Shown here: piece by piece, positions 55,039 to 64,000 of the stretch
Layout: the number at the start of each line of letters is the position of its first letter
Position numbering within the stretch: the stretch's first letter is position 1
Origin: Auanema rhodensis
Lineage: Eukaryota; Animalia; Nematoda
Assembly: GCA_964057225.1 (NCBI GenBank)
Contig: OZ059898.1
Location: forward strand, 5,642,001 to 5,706,000
Direction of reading: 5' to 3'
DNA length: 64,000 nucleotides
Notes under the pieces: generated by a model
Databases searched by the model: none
What the model was told of the DNA's origin: nothing
The model's input: the letters and a program-made list of their open reading frames with translations, nothing else
Translations under genes and position numbers: made by a program

Positions 55039-55995
55039 CTATTTGAATTCTTTTTCTGACAATCGGTCTGTGCTACATCCATATGCTGAATTATCATATT
55101 GTTCTTTTAATTCCTAAATTTTAATTTATATAATTTAAAACATAAATTACAAATACTTGATATTAATGAAACGTACGTTATATTTTTTTTCTTCTTCTTC
55201 AATTAAGTTAATAAGTTCCAACTCTCGAGCATATCCAGCTTGCAAGTTTTTCTCTAAAAGTTGCAAATGCTCCTGTAATTATAAATAAATTATAGTTTAC
55301 TCTATACAAAACTAACTTTAACGACGATATTTCCTGTTGGATTATCAAAAAAATCTGATTCGTCATTTGAAACTTTAAATTCCTTGACCTCATTGAAAGG
55401 ATGTAAAATCTGAAACTCAATGTCAATCTTTTCCAGAAACTAACTTAAACACAAACTTTATGTACTTCCTCATTTATCATTTGTTTAGCAACATCAATAA
55501 AATCTGTTTCTGCGCTTTGTGGAAGATCTGCTATTAATCGATCTGCATAGTTTATATACTAAAACATATACTAAAATATATATTCTTTAGATGTATCAAA
55601 GTTCTTACTTTACGAATATTCAATAAAATAATTTCAGATACATGAATCATTTCATCTTTCATAGTTTTTAATCGTTTTCTCTGTTCTTCATTTTCAATAA
55701 TATTTAAATCTTTTTCTAATTCTTCATCAACTCTGAAATTATTATTATTCTGATTAAATATATTGGATAATCTATAAATTTTAAAAATTATTTATTGTAA
55801 TTCCTAAAAACGCTCAAATTATGTTAAAAAATAAATTTAATATCATAAAATAAAATTTATTTAAAATTTTAAAATAATTAATTACATTTTTCGACTTTCA
55901 TTTTCTTCTCTTGCTATTTGACGATATTCAGATAATAATAAATTTGTTTTAATTCTTTTTTGAATATTTTTCTTAACAGATTGAATATTTTGCAT
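55039..55995 (-). CDS. Uncharacterised acidic/coiled-coil protein of about 200 aa, 6 exons
   Basis: Hand-spliced with consistent phases: MQNIQSVKKNIQKRIKTNLLLSEYRQIAREENESRKI|VDEELEKDLNIIENEEQRKRLKTMKDEMIHVSEIILLNIRK|YINYADRLIADLPQSAETDFIDVAKQMINEE|FLEKIDIEFQILHPFNEVKEFKVSNDESDFFDNPTGNIV..|EHLQLLEKNLQAGYARELELINLIEEEEKKYN|ELKEQYDNSAYGCSTDRLSEKEFK TAG. GT-AG introns throughout. Confidence 0.7.
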
Positions 55996-56404
55996 AATTA
56001 AAGGAATGAAACTGAAAAACTTTTGTAAAATATTATATAATTTTAAATAAAAAAATTACAAAGTTTAAGGATTGTCCACTTCAACTAATTTAAAAATAAT
56101 ATGTTTTTTATATTATAAATATTTTATTAAAAAATATTTTTTTATATAATAATTATGATAAATTATATAAAATTTGAACCTAAAAATATTATATTGGTAA
56201 TAGTACATAGAACATTAAATATTTAACTGAACATGTAAGTTTAACATAAAAATTTGGGAAAATTTGAAAAGATTTTATATTTTAGGAATTGAAAAGTATA
56301 CAAGTAACAGAAAGTAATGAAATTTAAAAGTTTATATTTTCTGAGTTTATTGATCCAGTAAGTATTTTCAATTTCTTATGCTATCTGCTTCATTGAATTT
56401 TTAG

Positions 56405-57313
56405 CTTTTACGACTTATTTCAATCATTATTGAACCTGAAAAAACTTTTTGTGAAAACTTAGATTTATCTAGTGATTGTTCATACAGCTGCAAATTATCA
56501 AAATTATCGAAATGAATGGAGAAAGGTTATAGATCATATTATACAAAAGTATTTACAATGTTTTAACAATTACAAAAGAAAATCATATATTATCAGTATC
56601 AATTTAAACTTTTATTGCCACTTGGAAGTTCAAATGAATAAGAAAAACTGAACTTAATCTCTGAATCAACAAACAATGATGATATTCTATTATTGGACTT
56701 TGTTGACCAACATTGAAATTTAACATTGACGGTTTTGAACGGAATTTTTTTTTATTCTTTCTGAACTTTCTTATTTCAGCATTTATCTGGTCTGAAATGC
56801 TATACAGATAATTTGAGGAAAAGAAACATATCTTCTTGAAGTTGATGATGATGTCACTTTTGGAATTAAAAATTTTTCTTTGTTGTTTTCCGAACTTAAG
56901 TCGTCATCACAATACGCGAATAGTTTAAATTGCTATAGATTAAAAAACTGTAAAGTACATCGAAATAAAAATAATAAATGGTTTCAATTTATTTATTTTA
57001 AAAAAATTCAAAAAATTATATTTTAGGTATTTACCAAAAAACTGAATATTCAAAAGACTATTTTCCTGATTTTTATAGACGAATGATATATTATACTAAT
57101 TATTATGTTATTCGAAAAATCATTGAAAATGCGAAAAATGTGGAATTCTTTTGTTTAATTTATTAATAGTTTTCAGTTTAATTGAACAACTATTTTATGT
57201 TTTTCCTTTATTAGATTGATGATGTTTTCGTTACTAGGATGCTACGTGAAGAAGCTGGTATAAAATTGCTGAAAAGTTCATTTATCAATCATGATGATCA
57301 GAAAGAAGAATAA
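56405..57313 (+). pseudogene. Degraded GT31 beta-1,3-galactosyltransferase/fringe-like gene
   Basis: Ordered GT31 motifs across intron-separated pieces: IYLVIVHTAANYQNYRNEWRK; FKLLLPLG; ESTNNDDILLLDFVDQH*NLTL; HLSGL; YLLEVDDDV (DxD); EYSKDYFPDF; IDDVFVTRMLREEAGI. In-frame stops TAA 56639-56641 and TGA 56714-56716, plus frameshifts near 56462 and 56815. Confidence 0.75.
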
Positions 57314-57412
57314 TTAGTAAAATGTATATTTAGTTTAACGAAACGTAAAAATACAGAAAAAATATTTAAAACATTGAATATTAAAAAAGTTTATTATATA
57401 CTTAGATTACTA

Positions 57413-59352
57413 TTATATTTTAGTCAAATTGTTTTCTTCTGTATCATTGATTTCATTATTTTCAACATTACTAAGATCAACACCTTTTGTATTCGGTAAA
57501 AATATAAAAGATATAATTAACGATATTATGCCAATTCCAACTACAACAGCATATGGTGCTGCTGCAGCTAAATTTGAAAAATATGCCATCTATAAGAACA
57601 AGTGATATATAAATATTATTAAAGAATTGTTTGATTATATTACCTGTGGAGCTAATAATGCTCCAATACGAGCAAGCAATGAGCAAGTACCAACCCCGAT
57701 TGTTCTTATTTGGGTTGGAAAACATTCAACAGCAACAAGATAACATGCATCCCATGTAACTTCAATAAGAGAAACACCAATGATGTTCGTAATAACAACT
57801 AAGAAATAATTTAAATTTAGAAAAATCAAAAGAAAATACTTGTCCAATCTTTCCATGTATTACCACTGCAATCTTTTTCTGGAGCAAATATCATTATAGT
57901 CATAATAAATATATAACATATAATCATAAGGGATTGTGGTAATTGATGAAGACGACGTCTATCAAAGCTTGGAATATAATAATCAAATATAAATACAAAC
58001 TAAAAATAAAATATAAATTAACCAAAAATTATAAGATAACAGACAATTTTAGCAAAAGCTGTTACAAAACCTGAAACGAATTGAGTTACATAAAAGCTTC
58101 CAGCAAGGTTTCCAGAATTCAAATCACTTCCGAAAGCAGACAAACTGATTAAAAATTTATTAAGAAATGAAAAATTTTAAAAGATTACCTTGTACTAAAC
58201 CATAACGTTCCTAATACAATAGTTGTTATAGCCATTTTTCTTGATGAAAATAAATCTTTTATTGTATATATTTTTTCATTTTTAATTTCTTCATCACAAT
58301 ATGCTGATTCTATTTTATCTTTATCATATTCTATGCCGCTTAACCATGCTATTCGTTTTTCAGCATTAATAGCATCATGAATTCGATTTTTCTTGTAATA
58401 CCTAACTGAAATTTTATTAACATTATTATGAAAAGTTATAATACCATTTAGGTGTTTCTGGTAGAAGAAATAATATGACTGGAAGTACTGGTAATGATAG
58501 TAATGATGTAGCTATAGCAGCACTTCTCCAATATGCACATAACCAGCATACAAAGGTAAAAACAACTCGTGCATAACCCTTTTAAAACAAAATTTTTAAA
58601 AAAATTAAAGAAAGATCTTACCCAATTAAAAAATGATCTTAAGAAAACTCTTTGTTGAGGCAATATCAATTCAACTATATATGAATAGAATACAACCAAT
58701 ATACAAGCAATACTACTTCCAACAACAAAACGTAAAATAGCAAATACTTGCCAAGATTGAACAAATCCTAAAGAAAGTTTTGAAATATTATATATTTGAA
58801 CTTCGTCCATACCACTGCCAATTCCGAATGAAATTCCAATCAAAATTCCACAAAAGGATACTGGACGACGACCAAAATGATCACCCAAATGCCCATAAAT
58901 TAATGTTCCAAATAAAACTCCCAAAAATTGAATAGTTGCTACCTAACATTTATAAAATTAATTTTTTTCTCAAAATCTACTCATGATCAACATACTAATG
59001 TAGCATCATATCCAGATTGTCCACAATATAAGTGAAAATCCTCAACCATTGAATGAAAAATAGGCTTTTCAATTATAATATTCGAACATTTTTTAAGTTC
59101 ATTACATTGTTGTTTTTTAGATAATTTACAATGCTCTGTAGACCAATGAAAATTTGTATCATTACATTGTCGTGTTGGAGTAAAATTATAAAAAATCTAT
59201 AAAATTCAATAATCAATATTTAATTTTTAAAAAATAAATTATTATAAACTACATACAGGAAAAATTTGCTGGCAGCAGAAAAAAAGAGCAAACTGCCATA
59301 GACAAAAACATAAAATATGAAAACGGTTGATATTCAAGTTTGTGGTACTCAT
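57413..59352 (-). CDS. MFS transporter, SLC22/organic cation transporter-like, multi-exon
   Basis: MSTTNLNINRFHILCFCLWQFALFF..., Cys-containing first loop with SMVEDFHLYC, GHLGDHFGRRP (MFS motif A), LRFVVG, YIVELILPQQR, LPETPKW, VECFPTQIRTIGVG..ARIGALLAP, LPNTKG; TAA at 57415-57413. Confidence 0.93.
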
Positions 59353-59945
59353 TATATCTAAAGCATTTAAATAAATATTCTTTATATATTTTTTATAAAT
59401 TATATATGATAATTAATGAGAATTGGTCAGTATGGCTAGTAAGCTACTGAAATTTCAATTCGATAAGAAGCATTAAAAGTGGCTTATCAAATACCTTTAT
59501 GATTGTTTCTTTTGATTAATTTATAAAAGATCATCTTTCATATAATTTTAGTTATTATTTGAACTCAAGTTCGTACTATACACTTACTGTTATCTTGTTC
59601 AGTAATTTTTAATTTAATTTTTCACCATTCACTGAAAAATCAATGATAATTGTTATCTTTCAATTATAAAAATTCATAATTTTCAGTCTTTCACATACAT
59701 TTTTTTGATCTTTCAACTTTCGCACTAAGAAACATTTTTTTTTTTTTGAAAAGAAAACCCTTAGTATATTATTTTAAATTTCAATTAGAATGAAATACTA
59801 TTTTTGGCGCAAAATAAACTTCTCACAATGATTCAGAGTTCTATTGTGACAGATTAATTAATGATTTTTTGATATTTATCTGGATTAACATCTAAATTCT
59901 ATTAATTGTCCTTGAAGTTTTATTGACAAGAAAATGAATAATAGT

Positions 59946-60115
59946 GGGGCGTTGTCATAGAAAAGAAAAGTTTCAGGTTGGTCACATAACGTAAAGAAAA
60001 CTTCTAGACATAGATGACATCAACGATCATGAGACCATATACTCATCATTTATATATAAAAGATAAATAAATTGTACATACATATATGTATATACAGACC
60101 CATTGACAACGCCCC
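59946..60115. repeat. 170-bp segment bounded by perfect 12-bp inverted repeats (MITE-like or regulatory dyad)
   Basis: GGGGCGTTGTCA at 59946-59957 and TGACAACGCCCC at 60104-60115; no clear target-site duplication. Confidence 0.55.
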
Positions 60116-63100
60116 TCAGTTAAGTTTTAAGAAAACAAAAAATAAAAAGTTGTAGAATAAATCTATTCGATATATTCGATATAATATATATTCAACGTTT
60201 TAATCACAATTTTAAGAAAGATTTTTCGTTGTTGGTAGCAGTTTTTTAGTTTTTCAAACTTTTTTCAGATTTTTCTTGCACTTACGGAGCTCTTTTTTTC
60301 AAATTTGAAACATCGAAAGGCTCGTAGAATGTATGCTTTGCTATCGTCAGCCTTGTCTCGTCTTCAACATTGCAGCTTCTTGGTCGTAATCATCTTTTTC
60401 TTCTGTATTTTCTCTCGCTATCTCTCGCTTGGTCGTAGAACCATCCTCATCGTTGTCTTCTTCTTCTCGTCGGGTGTTGCTACTTCTTCTATCATCCACC
60501 GCAACTTCAGATTATTGCAGGTGTTTGCCCTCTCGTTCAAGCCAATAGCACATCGAAGAAACGACACAAAGCTGCTTCTTCTTCAAGTACAGATTCTTAC
60601 TTTAATCGCCAATCGTTTCTTTTTGTTCTTTTTTTTCTTCTTTTCTCTTTTTCATTTACTATATCACGAATGTTCACAAATTTTCTTCTGAAATCGAATA
60701 GAAATTTAGTCGAAAAGCTTAATATGAAGATACTAGTTCTATGGTCGTATTTGTTTTCTTTCTTTTCTTCCTCACTACATGAAAATGAAAAGAAAAGTTA
60801 CAAAAGAATCCAGATGACCATCAATCGCACTTCCTTCTTTCATATCATTTTGAACTCTTTTTATCGGCAAATAACCAGGAAATAATCATAAAGAAAACAG
60901 GAAATGCTAAGTAAAAAATGATTTTCAGTAAAATTCCTGGAAAATACTAAATTGATCAGCCATACATTTGAAGCTCCAAGTCTTCATAAGTGTATATTTT
61001 GACATTTCGGTGTGAATTTTCAACAGTTTTGTTGACATTATTATGATCATGCACAGTTTTTTTTAGAAGTACTACACAATACTTCTTTTTTTAACCTCTC
61101 TGTCTCTCCGTCTCTCTCTCTTTCTTGCTCTCTAGATGAGAATGCAAATTTCAATGGTAAAAAAGGAAGTTAACGACAAACGATGATGACTAAGACTAGT
61201 CAACTCTGCCATATTTCCTCTGAAAAGAAAATCTAAATGAAATTGGGTGTGGGCGAAATAGATTGGAATGGAAATACAGATCATAATAACTACAAATCAC
61301 ATTTGATTCAATGGAGAAGAAAAGGAAACGCCTACAGAAGCAATACGGATCATGATCATCAGCGCCAAGTTTCTAGCTGAAACCACAAAAATGAAAACCT
61401 GGTCAACTTATTTTATAATTATTTTTCTATTCAATATATTATTTAAATTATTTATATTATATATTTTTGTATATTTTACTTTAAATTTAGAATACATTTG
61501 TTTTGAAAATATTTTATTAACTTAATTTACTTCCAATTTGAAAAAAACTAGATATGATTCATTACAAATTTTGAAAAATCTCAGTTTAACCTTTAGAACA
61601 TTCAGAATATACTAAGAATATCTTTACTTTTGATACCAAAATACATTCATTTCTCATCATTTGGAACACACCCTATTTCACCTCTTTCACCCAACTACCC
61701 TGACATTGCAAACCGGGTTTCATGATCAGTCATCATCAAGTTAAATTCTTATAATTTTTTTCTAAATGTTGTTCTTCTTTTAAGTTGAAAAGTTGGATTA
61801 GGCATCCAACTTTGCTATAACATAGTTTTTTTTCCATCATGCTTGTATTTACTTGGAAAAGAAAATCTAAAGTATACGAAAAATGTTTTAAAGAAATCAG
61901 AATAAGTGAAGAAAAAAAAGATTTCTTAAAGAAATATATGAATATTTCTTGTTTGGTAATATTACCTTTATGCTCAAACTACAAGTTTAATACTTTTTTT
62001 TTTCAATTTCTAAACATCCTTTTCATATATGATGCTATTTCTTCTTTTTTTTTATTTTCTTATTTTTTCTATGAAATATCAATTTGAAAAGAAATCAATA
62101 TATTGTATAATACATGCATATATGTATGTTTCTTCTATATTCATCTACATATCTGTATAGTTTCTTAGAAGAAGAAAAAGTTTTTTTCTCAATCCTGAAC
62201 ATTCATCGAACATCAATGAATTCAGAAGGCATTGACTGCACGAACAGTTTCTTCATCATAGGCAACCGACGATTATTATAAGAGATCTTGTTGTCTTGTT
62301 TGTCTATAGACTTATGCAGAATTCTGAAAAACAAACAAATATCTGTCATTCAGGAATTTTAGAATACCTTTAACGACTCTTTGATTTAATTTTCGGACAA
62401 CAGAAAAAACATTTTTCTTTTTTTTTCTTCAAATTAAAAAGAAAAAAGTATTTTCTTCAAATGATAATTATTAAACTGAAACAATTTCATCAATCGTTAC
62501 AGTAAAACAAGAAGATAAACTTGAATTATGCTAGGAAAGTTCAAAAAAATATTCATGCATTTCTATACTGAATATCTTTCCTTTTTTTGCAAAAAAAAAC
62601 GTAATTAGGTGTTTTAAACATATTTATTTTCTTAAATATTGACGATCTTTGATTGACTTGTTGAATAGATTATTTGTTTAAAGGATATTCAGTTGTTCTG
62701 GCTAGTCTTTTCATACATGTAATTTTGAAATTAGCATGGAACATGTCACTGTTCTTAATATTTTGAAACATTTGTAATTTAAGTTATATCTCAAACTATT
62801 AAAAGATTTTTAATGAAATTTATTAAGATTTCTTTTTATGCTGCATGTATATGATTTGGGAATCATGCCAATGATTCTGTTAGTAAATTGAAATTAGCGG
62901 ATATCGTTCGATTTCAATCACCTTTAAGTTTTTTTTCCAAATAAATATATCGGTCATATCGTTGTATATGTCGCATAGATTATCATAAATGTTTGCTATT
63001 GAAAGCAAAAACGAAATGGAAAATATCTTAAACTTGTTTTCACAATGCTTTCACATTTACCTTTTCATTTAACCGCTCATTTCCCTCTTTCATCTCACTT

Positions 63101-64000
63101 TTCCAGTTATCTTACTTCTCTTTTTGAACTTCTTTTTCTATCTTTGCCGGTGGCCTTATAATAAGATTAGAAAACATAAAAAGAAAAAAAATTAAACTCT
63201 ATATCCATATTTATATCTTTATAACTATATGTGTATAGTTTAAATTATATTTCAAATATAAATAAGAATTTTTAAATTTATTTATATAATCTTAAAAACC
63301 AATCTTTATCTGCATGTTCAACAATCTTCTTGGCATGGCTTAACAGCAATGTTTACATGACGGTTATCAGGTCATGCTCACAACTTCTTCGAATAATTTT
63401 TGGCTTTCCGTTCGTTTTCTTGTACTATTCAGAACTTTCTCTTCTATCAATTTGCTTCTTCAAGCTACTACACATACACTTCGTCATTCACCTTTCATCT
63501 TGTCATCAGCTCATTCTATCATCTTGATTCTTCCAAGTGAAACAAAATGATGACCATTGACCAATAAGCTTCTAAGAACATGAAAAGCATGGGTAATCAG
63601 TAAACTAGACTGTCACACATTTACTGTGACACATCCCTATTCTTCTCAATTCATTCCTTTATTAGTTCTAAGAAAAAAAGAAAGAATTTTATTAATTGTT
63701 ATTAATCTTCAATACCATATTCAACCTTTTGTATACGTAAATACCACTTTCTAAGTACTTTTGTCATGTTATACACACTATGCCCCCATGCTGCTTTACC
63801 AATAAGATTTCATACTATTGAAGAACAGATTCAATGTGATTTGCAATGATGATCGTTGTTCGTAGTCGTTCTACTACCGACTATGAGAAGAGGACACACC
63901 CACATCTGAAATTCCGCTCTGACCGCACAACGACCCATCATCAACATCTTCTCCATCTCTTTCGTTGACGATATTCTATCCATCGACAGACCCCCACACC

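Noticed and set aside
1-64000. CRISPR arrays, prokaryotic operons, rRNA/tRNA genes, intact transposases
   Set aside because: The sequence is intron-rich eukaryotic DNA; no repeat-spacer periodicity, cloverleaf, rRNA signature or long RT/DDE ORF was seen by eye.

Overview
AT-rich eukaryotic genomic DNA. The TTTCAG-type acceptors, many 45-60 nt introns and an EMB-9-like collagen point to a nematode, probably a rhabditid. The ORF track is mostly exon fragments, so genes were rebuilt by hand from GT-AG junctions with phase checks. Gene order: (1) a + strand gene whose C-terminus resembles the conserved PCM1 C-terminal domain, with an X-box-like site upstream; (2) a divergent importin-alpha-like ARM protein with no visible IBB domain; (3) a large secreted, probably GPI-anchored protein with a 4-Cys LDL-A module and about 7 Cys-rich CPG4/DUF19-like repeats; (4) collagen IV alpha1 (emb-9) with eight Gly-Asp/Glu-Cys triplets in the helix; then about 11 kb of non-coding DNA; (5) a SAM + PDZ-like protein with a PPxY micro-exon and a 7.5 kb first intron; (6) a tyrosinase with two ShK domains; (7) an unannotated acidic/coiled-coil orphan gene missed by the ORF track; (8) a GT31 beta-1,3-galactosyltransferase pseudogene; (9) an SLC22/OCT-like MFS transporter. 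No rRNA, tRNA, CRISPR array or intact transposon was seen. The best novelty candidate is the PCM1-like gene. All homology calls come from remembered motifs, not database searches.
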